Positions 35,447-49,376 of a stretch of 64,000 bases of DNA are shown here, piece by piece. Below the pieces are notes generated by a model, which did not search any database, was not told the origin of the DNA, and saw nothing but the letters and a program-made list of their open reading frames with translations. The stretch covers positions 248,001 through 312,000 of the forward strand of contig JAPETS010000032.1 in the NCBI GenBank assembly GCA_026023565.1, written 5' to 3'. Positions within the stretch are counted from its first letter, which is position 1. Each line of letters starts with the position of its first letter. Made by a program: the position numbers and the translations under genes. This stretch comes from Cirrosporium novae-zelandiae (taxonomy: Eukaryota).

Positions 35447-36130
35447 TAAACATGGATTAATTTCCTTAATGTATATTATTTAGGTAGGCTATCATGAAAG
35501 ATACGGTCATTATAAAAATACTAATAATACTTAAAGTAGCTCTACTGCTTAAGAGTGCTGAGGCTTCGTTTTATACGATCTACCTTTCTAGAACTAAGAT
35601 AAACCACTTCTCGATCCGATGCTAGAAATCTCAAGTAGAAAATGGCTGAATCGGCTAGGGAGAATAACATTTACCAACATCAGAGACGTATTTTAATGCT
35701 CGACAGTTGGGATAATTCCATATGATTATATTACATTGTTTAGAACTAATTGCACTTTGAAGCCTCGAAAGTGCTTCGGATTTGACTTTCGATGCCGATA
35801 ATGTTCCTCTAAAGTTCAAGATTTCAAAGCATTTACTTATTAAATAGATGATTGGCTGACTGTATTTTCCAAGAAAATACCCGATTGATATTTCTTGTTT
35901 GCTGCTCTGAACTTCCTTTTGGCTTTTACGGTTGGATGACTGATGCACAGTCATCCTATTAGCTGACGTTTCTTATTCATACAGTGAGCTGCTCAGGGGA
36001 TTGCTCATTGAACCGAACAACTATAAGAATTTCTTCCCCAATATTTGAAATGATATTCTAACACAATCTCTTCTCTTATTGCCAAGTATATAACTTTTTG
36101 AATATCGCTGCCGTCGTACAAGAAAATCCC

Positions 36131-37396
36131 ATGTCTTTTGCTCCGAGTAGCCGATTTGGGGGTGCTCAGCCCAAGTCAGTTGACGACAAGGCACAGAATG
36201 ACCTTCCTCCATCTGAACAGGTGCATGGACCAGTAAAATCGCCACAAGATGGTATCCAACAAGCGGCAATGTTCAAAGGCTCGTTTGCACCTAAAGATCG
36301 AGGACCGCAAATACCAGCTTGTCGTAAAGACCCCAATGCAGGAACAGCAAGGAGATTATATATATATTTCACTCAAGGATGGCTTGATCCAGATGTCTGG
36401 AAATCCGCTGTACGTACTCCTTGAGTATCAGTCTCTCCATTTCCTTCTTCTAAATCGGAACCTCAAAGCTGTCTTCTAGATGTTGAACGTTTATAGTTTG
36501 TGGAAGCCATGGGAACGATGTGTATATGCTATTTATCTGCTCTCATGGGCATCACTATCGTCAACACGGAGACTAGGCAATTCCCAGCATATGTTGGTAT
36601 TGGGAATAGTGTCCTCATAATGCTCTTTATTTATGCTACATCCCCAGCTTCGGGAGGTCACCTCAACCCAGCTATCTCATTTGCGACCATGTTATCTGGG
36701 CTTACCGGATTTCCAAGAGCAATCCTATACATGTTAGCACAATTATTCGGTTCCGCTGTTGCAGGGGGTTTGATCAGAGCAAGTTTTGGGTTCGCAAATA
36801 CCGAGAAGTGAGTTTTTATTAGGATCAGATAGACTCCTTTGCGAGTTGTTCGGTATTATGTGCGCTCGTGATCTCGTCCTGACGCTTTTATGGCAGATAT
36901 CGAGGAGGTGGCTGCTACCTCATTACTCCCCAGGTTTCTCCTGGCCAAGCATTTGTCATTGAGATGATGTCCACGTTCATTCTTCTGTACTATATCTTCT
37001 ACCCCCTGCTTTCTCCTAGCTAACATCCATGACCAAGTGTCCTAGCTTTTGGTGTAGGTCTTGATCCCCGAGCAGCTGAAAACTTTGGTCCTCTTGGTCC
37101 ACCGCTTGTCGGTCTCTCCCTTGGTCTTGTTACATTTGCTGGATCCAATTTAGTTGCGAATGGAGGTTATACGGGACCATCGATAAATCCGACTAGATGC
37201 TTTGCGTTTGCTGTTGCGAGAGGAGCAGGAGGGTTTGACAGTACGGCTTATGTTGGTATTCATTATTATAAAAAAATGCTGATGAGGTTGCCTAGATCAA
37301 TGGATCTGGTGGATTGGGCCTATGGCTGGAGCAGTATTGCAGGCTGCAGCTTACCATATCGCTCCACCTTATCATTCGCAAGTGAGAGAATTTTGA
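36131..37396 (+). CDS. Aquaporin (MIP), XIP-like, 5 exons
   Basis: SGGHLNPAISF, loop-C GGGC, AFGVGLDPR, GYTGPSINPTRCF and QWIWWIGP. Confidence 0.92.
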
Positions 37397-38381
37397 GGGG
37401 ACTGTATGTTGATCGCGAGGCTCGAGGCTTAGGTCAGCCATAAACTTATGGGAACCTCATACCTCGTGCCTCATTTTATATATATATATATTCTGTATAG
37501 TGAAAAAAAAGCAGAAAATGAAAACCCCGAGGGCTCAGCTCCCCGACGGCCCTGGCTCAAGGCGAATTGCAAGACTATGTTTGATTAATTGGCAGTAGAG
37601 AAGGATTGTTGCGTGCCTGAGGCATGAAACATGCACCAGCGAAATTTACCCTTTGCCTACTCCAACCAATCTCATCCAACTACTTTGTCTGCAACAATCC
37701 ATTACATGGAATAAAAAGAATGAGCGGCAAGCGCCAGTATGCAATTTAAACTGTGCCTCCAGAGCCGCAAGAACATTGCTATCTGACGCACAAACTCCAA
37801 TAAGGCTGTATCACCTGGTTTATAGCCGCCTCTTAACATACACCTCCGTGCCTCGTCTTTGCATCCAGCTCCCACCTCCACCACCGACAATCACTTGATT
37901 CTACCAAACAAGGCTTAGGTCTCAAAGCCTTTTTATGAGAACTTTTTGATATGACCATGCCGCGAAATTGCATATCTCGACCTTGGGGATTCCTGAAATT
38001 AAAGGCTAATGCTAGAAACCCACAATTAAAATCCTTCGGCAGGGAGATTAAGCGGCTCCGCCTCTCTGCCTTGGGGGTCGCAACAGGACGACACAAGACT
38101 GGGATGACCATATGAGCCTCTTCCTCTGGAGTTCTTGCTGCAGTCGGGCGCACACCTCCTACCTGGAATGAATAGTAAAATATGCTTTTGAGGAGGTCGT
38201 GTAGGTATTAAACGTAGATGGTCATTATTATGTGCTTTTTTTTATTACCATCACATTCCACCTTGGACTGAATCGAATAGACCCTTCATTCAATACCCAA
38301 AGATATCCTCAAATGCTCTAGAGCTTTTCAACTCAACATCTCATGCTTCAAGCCTCGAAAATTTCCGTTCTACAAAACAAA

Positions 38382-38624
38382 ATGTCTCCAGTCACCTCAG
38401 CACAGATGGTCCCTCGCCTCGGTTCGCTCCTCCATCACCGCATCGAACTCTCCCGTCGCGATTCGATCACCATGTCCGACAGCGCTGCAGTCCCAATTAT
38501 CTTAATGGCGGTTGCCGCCTTCATCATCGTTGTGATCGGGATTATCTTCTCGCGACGGAGACGAAGGCAGCAGCAGGAAATGGAACGAGAGAAGATGATG
38601 GGGGATTGGTGGGATGGTGTTTAA
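38382..38624 (+). CDS. Small single-pass membrane protein (hypothetical)
   Basis: Hydrophobic helix AVPIILMAVAAFIIVVIGIIFS followed by an RRRRR stop-transfer. The gene may have further exons. Confidence 0.4.
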   Translation: MSPVTSAQMVPRLGSLLHHRIELSRRDSITMSDSAAVPIILMAVAAFIIVVIGIIFSRRRRRQQQEMEREKMMGDWWDGV

Positions 38625-40156
38625 ATCAGCGAAAAGAACCATGGATGAGAATGAATATGAAGGCCCTACGATATGAGAGATTGATTGACCGTTTAACTCG
38701 ACAATATGTCGGGCAAAAAAAAAAAAAGAATTGACAACAAGGATTACTTCGTGGGGAAAATCCTAAATACCTTTTGTCCTAGGATACCGGACGATGAGAT
38801 CTTTGGCCGACGGCAGCAGGAACAGCCAATGAGCCACTCCCTTCCTTCCCCTCTCCCATTTCTCTCTCCCTCGGGATCCTCAACACGAACAGATATTTGA
38901 ACACCCCTCAACGAAAGAGACTCGTTTCAGAAATTCTTCCTCGAAACCATCCTTTCCCACCTTCCACCAAACCTTCCATCCAAAACCCACACTCTCCTCC
39001 TTCCCCTCCCAGTCTAGGCACCACCACCACCACCACCAAACCAAACACCCAGAAACAAGTCCCGAACCCTCCCACCCAAAAAATCAAACGAAACCAAAAA
39101 CGAAACATGCCGAAATGACGTCCTTATAAAAGGACCCAGCTGCTAGCCGTGGGGGACCGGGGGAGAGGGGAGAGAAATAGCTCACCCATTGTATTACTAC
39201 TATATTACTTACTACATGCAACCCTGAACGAAGCTTCCCTTTGGAAAGGGAGAGAGAGAAGGGGAGGGGGAAGAGAGAGGGCAATGGATCCAGAGGTTTC
39301 TTTTACAGAATAACCCGGGTTACTGTACGATTTATGATTTAATCATGAAGTTTATAGCTACAATGTACTTTTATATCTATATCTATATCTATATCCGTAT
39401 CTGTACATATATATATATATATATATTATACCCATTCATCCCCCCCCGACCCCCTCATTACTGGTAGTCTTCTCAGGTTAATCAATTCCATATTAGTCAG
39501 TATATGAAGTTTCGTAATGAATGAATGAATGAATTATTCCCATCCTCATCCCCATGCCCCCCTAAACTCCTTTATTATTTTTATTATTTCCATTATTCTG
39601 ACTGATGTATCCTATACCCCCCTCATTCATCCATCTATCCACAAACCAAAACCCTCCCGATTACTTAACTAACCAACAAAAAAAGCCCTTTTATCCATTC
39701 AAAAACCTTTTCTTTATATAAAAACACCTAAAGAAAAACCAAATAAATGAAAAAAAAAAAAATAGGCATAAAATCGCCCCCATGTCTGTCTGTCTAGTTA
39801 AATAACTAGAGAGAGAAAGGGAAGGGATGGAGACACAGCATCTCGAAAAAAAACAACTTATTTGTTTGTTAACTTGTTTGTTCACTTGTTCCTCCTAACT
39901 AACCGTAAATTGAATTGTAATTGAATTGTGTGAAATGACAGACAGGATAGGATTAATTAGATAAGACAGGACAGGATGGTTATTGCTCGCTTCCTTCCTT
40001 ATTCACTCGCTCGCTCAGAACGTAATGTGTAATGTAAATGTAAAAGTAATATAAATCCCCCGCCGCACACACGTTATCGTTAGTTATAGAGAAACCTAAC
40101 CCAACCCCGCATAATCTCATCTCATTCCCCCTCTTCATCATATAACCGACCCTACT

Positions 40157-43100
40157 CTACCGTCCAAACTCCAACCCGGGCACAACAACCGGTCCAAACT
40201 TGACAACCCCCATTCCCATCCCACTAGCAAAACCCGCACCCTGATCGCCCTGAACGACAAAGTCCGCAGCCAAACTCAGCTTCCCCCCACCACGACTCAT
40301 ATCCGTTCTTCCAAACGTGCTCGTTACAACCTCAGGATCGTACGCGCACATGGCGACGTAGTTTCTGCGGCCCATGATCTTAGGGCTGGCTCCGGAGCCA
40401 CCGCCGCCGCCGGGGTGGCTTGAAGAGGATGGAGGGAGACCACCGAGGAGTTCGTTAGCGCCTTTGAAGATTTCGAGCATATCTTCTTTAGTGTCGGAGG
40501 GGACGCCGGGTTGGGAGCGGTGGGCATTTAGGGGAACGTATAGGCCGCCTTTGTTTGAATTTTGGGTTAGGAGTTTGAGAACGTACGAGGGTGGGGGCGT
40601 GTTCACGACCGCCGACGCGATTAGTTGATACATTGTTTTGTGGTCTTGCGGGTGGGATGGGTCGTGGAGAAGGCCAGTAGCGCAAGCATTTACGGCACCG
40701 CTGAGGAACGTTATCCTTAATGCTTTTTGGTGTGCTATACCCTGGAGTGTGCGGATTAAGTAAGTGCGTTCCAGGTCCTTCGATTCGTGGGTCCATTGGT
40801 CGCGCAACTCATCCAGCACATCAATATCGCCAAAGGGAGAAAGGATATTATTCATAAGACCGGATTTTCCTACTGCGCGCTTAATGCTGTCGAAAGATGA
40901 ATTTACGGCTGACTTGGCACCCACAACCCCGGCGACAGAAGAAGTGACACGACCCAGAATGTTGTAGGCGCCTGTGACAGCCTTCTTGCCAGTGGTAATC
41001 GTGTGAGCTATGCTTTCCGCAGCTTCAAGACGTGGATACACTATCGGTACAGGGGACAAGATGAGACAGTGCTGTACGCTGGGAGGCAAGAGCGCAATCT
41101 TTGGAAAAAGACCTTGATATGTTGGTCCGGCCATTACCTGGTGAGGATTTCGTTCTGAGCGGGTATCAGGCCCCACAAGGACAACAGCAGGGCCGAGGTA
41201 TTTCACAAAGTGCCAACCGGTGCCCGTGACGGTGAAGAGATCGGTGTCGTTAGAGACGTTGCGGAGGATTTCGAGCGTCGTGTGATGTTGGAAGAGAAGA
41301 TACATTTCTATGCCGATACGGCCAATGTTTTTGAACATGTTGGAGAATTGCATGTAATCAGGGTACGAGCCAAAGCCGTCGAAGCTAATAAAATTAGTTT
41401 CAAAGATGGAAAGTAGGGCCGGTCAAGACTTACATATCATGATCGTCAACCGTGAGAATGTGAGGGATCTGGGCAAATGCTTCACGGAGGTAAGGCTGAT
41501 CAAAGTGACTGGTGTAGTAGTGGAAGTAGGCGTGGGTGACATCGTCTTCGTGTTGAGCCGTCCAAGGAGTATTCTTTCGAATATCTTTCCCACTTGTCGA
41601 GAGCCATTGTTTGAGGAGAGGTATTTCTCTCCATAATCTGTCCGCATAAATCTGCCCGCCAAGTCCAAGCTGTGCATGAAAACCTCCGCATTCAACATGC
41701 TTCTGCATAATATCTTTCCACATATATCCTACACCACCCAGCTTCGCTCGCTCATTCGCGTTGACATTAATAGAAAAGTCGTTTCCAGAAGTAGCAATCC
41801 ATCTCCAGCCAGTTTCATTACGGCCGGCAACAAGGAATTCATAACGTGTACAACCTAGATGGGAGGTGATGGCATAAGTCCATTTCGTACTTGGTTGATC
41901 TTCCATCTGAAGATCAACCTCATACTTATAAAATGTCCATCGCTGGTGGACATGAATAGCAATAGCCTTTAGCTGTCTCGGGTTTGGAGAAAGATCAGCA
42001 CTTTGATGGATGTGGATCGTTGGAGGCTGAGGAGCATCCGTCACCAACAGAATGGATCCTAACCAGAGGCCCCGTTCAAGGTCCATATTAGTATAACGCA
42101 GATAGGGACCGAAATAAACTCCATTTGTTGGTGCAACTTTATAAACTTCAACGCCGTTGCTGGGCGGAGGAGCTGCAATTCCTGAGAATCCCGCCATGGT
42201 TGGTGTTCCGGGATTCATACTAAAGACGCTTTCTGCATACCCAGGAGTTGGGGGAGCAAACCCTGGAGAAGCCATCGGTTTTGCCGCAAAGGCACTACTA
42301 AGGCCTGGAGAGGCCAGAGGGTGCCCTCCATACGCACTTTGGGTTGGGGAGATAGGGGCTTCATTCAAGTTCAAAGGTGTAGGTCCTTTTGGAAACTCCC
42401 ACTGGGTCGATTGCGTAGGTAGATGAATATAATAATACTGCCCCGAGTTCGGATCCAGGTGTGCGATCCATCCTTCAGGCAGAGGGGGAGGTGACGCAGG
42501 GACTTGACTCGGGGGTGCGGGTGAAGTATTGCTATGCTGGGATGCTCCTTCGGGATGACTTTGCTGATTTTGTTGTGTGGAGGGTGATGACTGTTGTCCA
42601 GGATCATTCGCAAAGGCTGGATGGCCCTGTTGGCGAGCAACAAGTGATCCAGAAGGAGCAACACCTGCAGCATTGTTGCTATTTTGTCGTTTCTCGTCAG
42701 GATAACCTTGCGCCGTCGTCGGACCTTGACCAGAAGGTCGACTGACGCTGGAGTAAGCAGGTGGGGGTGATGAGGACATGTTCATCCGCTGAAAGTCGTG
42801 CTCTAATGCAGTCTCTCCAGGCCGCGGGGAGGCGCTGTTGGTCTGGGGGATGATTTGCCGACCAGGAGTCGGAGATTGTATTGGAGGGGACGTAGCTACC
42901 TGGTTTGGTCCTTGATAGACAGTTGGTGGACCATGTGGTTGGGACCCCGGCTGTTCAGTTGGTGTCCATGGCCTTCGCGCCGGCTCTTGAGCTTGGGGCC
43001 GAGGCTGCTGCTGCTGCTGCTGCTGTCCAGCGTACTGATGTGCCCGCTGTGTCGCTGCGGCATTGTGGGCCTGTAAGCTATTTAGCGTGGAGGTGCCAGC

Positions 43101-43955
43101 GATTCCAGCCGCGGCATATCGAGCTTCAATTCCTCCTCCATGCTGATCATCAGGTCCAGCAACAGGGGTCTCTGGCGGAGGTGGCGATCCTCGTTGAGCC
43201 TTCGTTGTTGAGACCGAGGCCACCGAGTCCATTCTATTGACGGAATTTGGATCCGCCATATTAAGTCTTTGAGCCGGTGGCGACTTCAAGGGTTTGGGAC
43301 CCGATTGAGAGGGCCAATATTGCTGATGATATTCTGGATAGGGATTAATCTCCGCTTGCGAGGGCCGTCGTGGATCGGGCGAGGCAGGGTTGCGTTGAGG
43401 TATCCTCTGAGATAGCCCTTCTTTATCTGGTGTTTCTGGACCAGGAGAATCGGGCAAGGGCTTCACGGCAGCTCCTCTTCTCTCGGCCAATTTTGATGTG
43501 TGCTGTTGTCCATCACGGCCACCTCTAATTTGAAGAGGAGCAGGATATGTCGAGGGGTCAGTAGCAGAGGCAGGACTTGATTTTGGCGGAGGAGAATAAG
43601 AATGTTGGACCCGCGGAGAGGTTGCTCCCCTTTGGTCAGGGGAAGCAATGCGACCTGACTGTGGATATGGCAAACCATTTGTCGCAGATTGCTGCTGCTG
43701 CTGCTGCTGCTGCACTCTTGAGCGATCATCTGGGTAAGGAAGTGGAGTGGCAGAGCTGGTGGCTCCCGGGGGAAGTGGGAAGGCGGAAGGCTGCGCGGCG
43801 CCGTACGGTTGGCTTCCTGCAGACGCCGTCCTTGTTTCAGAAGAGGCAGAATCTCTCTTGGATATTTTCAAAGGTTCGATGGTAGGAGAGTCGACGGGTC
43901 CGGGTTTCTGCAGAAACATCTCCGTATCCGGAATTCCACGCTCAGTTGCACTCAT
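40157..43955 (-). CDS. Pro/Gln-rich WW-domain plus PhoD-like phosphatase-fold protein, 2 exons
   Basis: WW domain LPEGWIAHLDPNSGQYYYIHLPTQSTQWEFP. PhoD-like motifs QIYAD, DDHD-IFDGFGSYP, LFQHH and VPIVYPRL. Confidence 0.9.
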
Positions 43956-44289
43956 CTTGCCTGTAACATATCCCACTCAACGGGTGTTTGAGGGTAGGAA
44001 ACGGTGATGGAAGCGGTTGGTCGTGGCAAGCGTAATCCAGCTGCAGCAAGGGAAGGGCTCGAAGATTCGCGGACGTGCAGATTTGCAGACTCGTATTTCA
44101 AGGCTGAAGGCGGGGGGGTTGTGTGGGGTGCGATGGGGCTTGTCGAGGGCGATAACTATAAAATTTGTTTAGAACTTTGAAGGATTTGAGCTTAAGGAGG
44201 ACTGAAATCTGAATTTGAAATATATTTTTGGATAGGAATATGAGGAACATACAGAAAAATGATAATTAGATGAAAGGGCCAGTCTACCG

Positions 44290-44320
<31 letters not shown>

Positions 44321-45251
44321 CTCTCTTTCTCTCTTGCATCGTGATGACACCCTTGGCCCAATAGGCGCCCAGGTCAAGGGTGAAGGGGTGAAAGGGTGAT
44401 CCAGTCCTTCCAATTAACTGGGGGAGTTTCTCTTGGTTCCCCCACCACAAACACAAACTTCTACCAGTCGGATACATTGATTGCGCCTAATCTGCTTAGT
44501 CTAAGGCTCCGTGGGCTCCTCTTAGGCCCCAAGGCCCCAAACCTCTTAAGGATCTCGGGCGTCAAAGGCACCCCCCTGTCATTGTTAATTATATTAGTCA
44601 TCACTTGCATCATCATTCCCCCCCTATCCTTTCCTTTCCTTCTCATTGGCTTCCATTGTTTCTACAGCTTTCTTCATTAAGCGCCCAAGGTGTCTGGCAA
44701 GATTGGAAACCGTTGGCTATTCACCCCTTTACATTGGACGGATATAAATACTTTTAATAGGTAGCACTGATAATAGGCGTTGAGTGTCTATAACATGGTC
44801 TTTCATCTGAGACTTGGCATTCTATCACCCCCCTCAAGCTACAAAAGTAACTTGATAAAGATATAATATTTCGTCAAGAAGAAGAATCCAATTCACTCTC
44901 AATTGATCTCTCATCACACAAGACTTAATTAGGTCCTGGTTATTTCGCCAACCTTTCCTCGCCCCTGGTATCATCGTTGACCTTCATTCTAAACCTTCAT
45001 CCCGGAAAAAAAAAGTTCCAAGACGGAAAATTCACAATACCTCCCATTCATATCAGATCATTTCTCATATCCTTCACTCCTTCCCCAATATTGATTAATT
45101 CCCTTGTCAGCTTCCCGACCTAGGATGAACGGGGGGGCTGTGACCAGATAAGAAACTGCTAACAGCTTCTCGTGATCCCCCGTGAGATCTCTGGGCGCCG
45201 CCCCTAGTGCGTCGTTTTCTTCTGCTCCCTGCAAGTATCAATTTCTTCTTG

Positions 45252-47810
45252 TCACACCCCAAAGTTCACCAGCTGCAATCCCTGTTCGTTCATTACTTCC
45301 ATCCAATCCACCCCTAGGAAATGTCCATCAGTCTCGACGCTAGCCTCTTGTCGTTCAAAGACGAGCCGCAGTAGTTGTTTTGTAGCCCTCAGGTTCTTCC
45401 CGATGCAGTCCAGCTCCAGTGCACTCATTAAATTTAGGGAAAGCACCTTATCGGAGTTTGAAGTTGCTGCAAACCCTGCCATGAAGAGTGAGAACATAAT
45501 AAAACGTTGTCCCGGTAGCCGGGTAACCATGAATCGTTTCCCGCTTTCTAAAATCTCGGTCACCCGTTGTTGAACTTCACCACCACCTGCGTATTCAATA
45601 TCTAGCCGTTGTCCTGACCACATGCTTGTCTGCAAGTAGATTAAACAAGCTCGGTACAATGATACGGCCTGGGCCAAGTCAATACTGCGAATAATATCTT
45701 CATTGTAAATATGGAATGCAACTCACATGAGTATATACCGCCCTTGTTCGATCGGGGAGGTTGTCTTCATTGCAGTTTGCAATGACATTTCTGCCATGCG
45801 TGCTGTATGCTCGCTTCAGTGCTTCTTGGAGTTCTGCAATTCGTCGGTGCCGGTAATGAAGTGCTGTTAACACGGTGTGGCCATCATTCATGCTTCGTAT
45901 ATCATCAGCTCGAAACTCCTTGGCCGCTTGTCCCGTTTGGCCCGCAAGAATGCGGATATCATGACCGAACTTAAGTGCCGCTGGAAGGGTCGACTGTTCA
46001 TCTGGGTAAATAATGCTGATACCGTCTGAATTCAAAGGCAGTAGATACTTGTTGTATAGTGGGAACATATTGTTTTGAATGAGCATAGAGAAAAAATGGC
46101 CTCCTCCACTACCGCAGAGCGAGGCATGAATATCAAGACATAAAATGCGATACAGCAGTGAGGGATATGGTTCGCTGCCGTACATTTCTCGACGGGCAAG
46201 AAAGATGCGAGAAAGTTGGTTTAAGTGGTGTTCCCATAAATTGGAACCTTGCGGCTCTGCTGCGCCGATCTAATGCATTATTAGTGCTGTGTAGGGTAAA
46301 TGGAACGAACGTAGAGGATATACCTCATATATTAAGAGTAGAAAATGTGTCAAAAGAGCACCATCAGCTGAAAGGTCTTCTGTAATTTGCAGGTTTAGTG
46401 ATAGAGATGGAAAAACCTGCTGGTAATGCTGCAGTGCCTCTAAATCTTGGTCTAAGCCCAAAGCTGATAGTGCCATCATGGCATGATATAGCTAAGAAAG
46501 CATCAGCATAAAATAGAAGACCGAATGAGAACAAACTAGGAATTGACAAGGACATACTGGTGGAAATGTAAGGGCGTGGTGCTCAAAAATATCCAACAGG
46601 CGAGTCAACTGATGATTGCTTGTATCAATCTCATCCCGATATATTTGGTCCATCTGCGTAGCAATGCGGCATCGAAAATTATCAAGTAATCTCCCTGGCG
46701 AGTATTGTTCTCTGGTGAGAGTGTAAAGACAAGAAGGTGCTCCGTTATTCGTTTGACTTAGATGTTGCGGTGACAATTGCTGCAATGTAAGAGTCACTGA
46801 AGGTGATGTAGACGTAGGCGATGTCGGTAGCTTTGAAGATGGCATACGGCGTGCGGTCTCCTCGAAACTGGATAAGATGACTACATCTGGATCATTGACA
46901 TCTCTGGCTGGTGATTGTGTTGGTGCATAATTTGTCTCGTCGAAAAGGGTTCCCGTCGGAGGCGAGCCGTGGTAGCTCGACGTCGAGTTCTCCCTGCTCA
47001 CATCACGATATTCCGAATCTCTATATTCAGGGAGGCTAGAAAAGCTGTCCGGGTTAACAATAACATGAAACGTCCCTGGGTTGCGATGTTCAGCTTTCTT
47101 TTCTCGTTCTTCATCACTGGTCAAAAGTGCAAATGGGGGAAGTGTATCTTCCTCCATATCTTGGCCACGGCCGTGCTTGCTGCATGACTTTGACGAGGCT
47201 ATTCACGTCTCAGTAGGAAAGTAATCAGTTTCTCAGGTACAACATACAATCCCAAACATGATTACCTCTGACAAGTACTTCTCGCATACGCTCGATGATT
47301 CGATGCGTATCATCTCGGAAGGAAAGCCTTGGGCTGTAGTCACATGCATGACCAAGTCGAAAGCATTGCTTTCTGGTCGTCAGCTACTAGATGTATGTAA
47401 TGATCAAGACACATACTCCACAGGTTGGCCGTCCCTCATCACATTTGACTGCTTCAAATAAGTATATATTGGTAACCAAGTATGTGGTTAGAAACCTTTG
47501 CGGGTCTAAAAGGTCAAGAGTAAGTATCAAAGCATATGCCACAGGGAAGGAGTTGCAAGTACCCTGCATGTCCTACAAGATGCTAGTGTCAGCATTCTCT
47601 TCGTCACAACAGCGGGGAAGGTAGTTACCAGCATCCTGTTCTCGACCGAGGAGGTAGCCTTGATCGTGGAGTAATCTGCATAATCGGGGGAACGCTGTCA
47701 CGTCTGGAGAGTGCAGGCAGGTCATCTTTGGGGGCGATCACCGGTAAACGCCCTGGCTTTTTTGACAGGTCCTCGCGCTTGGCATGCATCTGCATCAACG
47801 CAACTGCCAT
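45252..47810 (-). CDS. Zn(II)2Cys6 transcription factor with fungal-specific C-terminal domain, multi-exon
   Basis: Spliced cluster [38 protein letters not shown]. C-terminal motifs LLTHFLLLIYE and LFMAGFA...VDWMEVM. The start is uncertain. Confidence 0.9.
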
Positions 47811-49166
47811 ATGGTGTGGCCTTTTGAAACGTCTCGCGGCTCTAACCGAAGGATGGTGGCTGTAACACTGAACGGCGATGATGAAGTGCCTAGATGGAAG
47901 GGGTCTTGTCTAAGATATATCTGGCAGAGATGGTTGTCGGATAGGCTCGACTAGTTGTAATGACCCCGATGGACCGCAGTGACAATCTCTTAGATTATCA
48001 ATAGAGGGGTTCCGGTTGATATAACGGGGGAGTTTGTCGGCTGATAGCAGACGCCGATGATTGGGTAGTTATGGTGTAGAGATGCATTCATCCCTAAATC
48101 TGGGCAGGGATCAACAGGGAAAAGTATAGCGGATAATTGGCTCAGCTGAAAACAAGGGCCCGCCGAATAATCACAATCAGGGTGGCGATCATTAGACATC
48201 AGGTCCCTGTGAGGGTTTGAGTAGTGGTAAACAGGGAGAAAAAGAGTTAATGGATAATGATATCTCCCAAGGGAGAGGTATTGGACGCATGAGTTTCCGT
48301 AAGGCAATGAATAGTTTGGGTAGGCTACTGGGTAGTGACACGCCGGTTTCTCCAGAGAATCGGATTTGTGGAAGAGAGAAGGAATAACCGCTTGGAATGC
48401 TGCAGTTATATGCGGAACCTAGCCGTCATCTCAACTTAGAAGCCTGGGAACTCGACCTGATCAGCACAAGTAAGATTCAAACAGGGGAATGCGAACAATC
48501 AACACTGCCAATTATTGTCATAGGCAGAGAACGCCCAGTGCCAAGTCCCTCACCAGATCGTCCCAGATTTCTCAGACTCTGAACCGTCGGGATAGGTTCC
48601 GCCTACTCTAATTGAAATAATATTAGCTTTCGAGGGGTTGATAAATAGAGAAATGGTGCACTTTGAGGGACGGGAGGAACTGATCCGAGAAAAGATAAAT
48701 GGAATCTGTCTTTAAGCTAAAGAGCTTTGTCCACTATCAATTCGAGATGTAATCCTGGATGACATATCGGTGAATGCATTAAGTTTAAGAGTTTGCTAAC
48801 TGACTTTAGAATTATCTGTGCACACCTAGAGAGTGGAGAAACCTGTGGGGGTTGGGAGGGATATGGATGGCCAAAAGACCTTGAAAAGAAGAAGAAGAAG
48901 ATGAAGAAGAAAAAGAAAACAAATAGGGGGGGGACTATGAATCAAACAGAATATGGTACTAGATAACGGTAATTTTTGTGGTGGGTATCAAAGTATCTAA
49001 GTTATTGTTGCTATTGTTGTTTTCATTATTTGGTAATTCTGGAATGAAATTGAATTAATTGAAGAAGGGGTAAATATCTAAGTTAAAGTTAATAGTTCCC
49101 GCATTAGATATCAAAATGAAGAATGGGGTTCAAAAGGCTTGATTTGAAAGACCAGGAGGGAGAGAG

Positions 49167-49376
49167 TGGTGAGTGAGTGAGTGAGTGAGTGAGTGAGTGA
49201 ATGAGTGAGTGAATGAGTGAGTGAGAGAAAAGGCTGAAAAGGCTGAAAAGGCTGAAAAGGCTGATTTCATCAGCCCAGCGGTACGAGGGTTGCAGGAATT
49301 TTACAAAGTTACCAAAGTTACTTAAGTTACCAACTAGAAGAAACAAAGACAAAGACAAAGACAAAGACAAAGACAA
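49167..49376. repeat. Compound microsatellites (GAGT)n, (AAAAGGCTG)4, (ACAAAG)n
   Basis: Directly visible. Confidence 0.9.
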
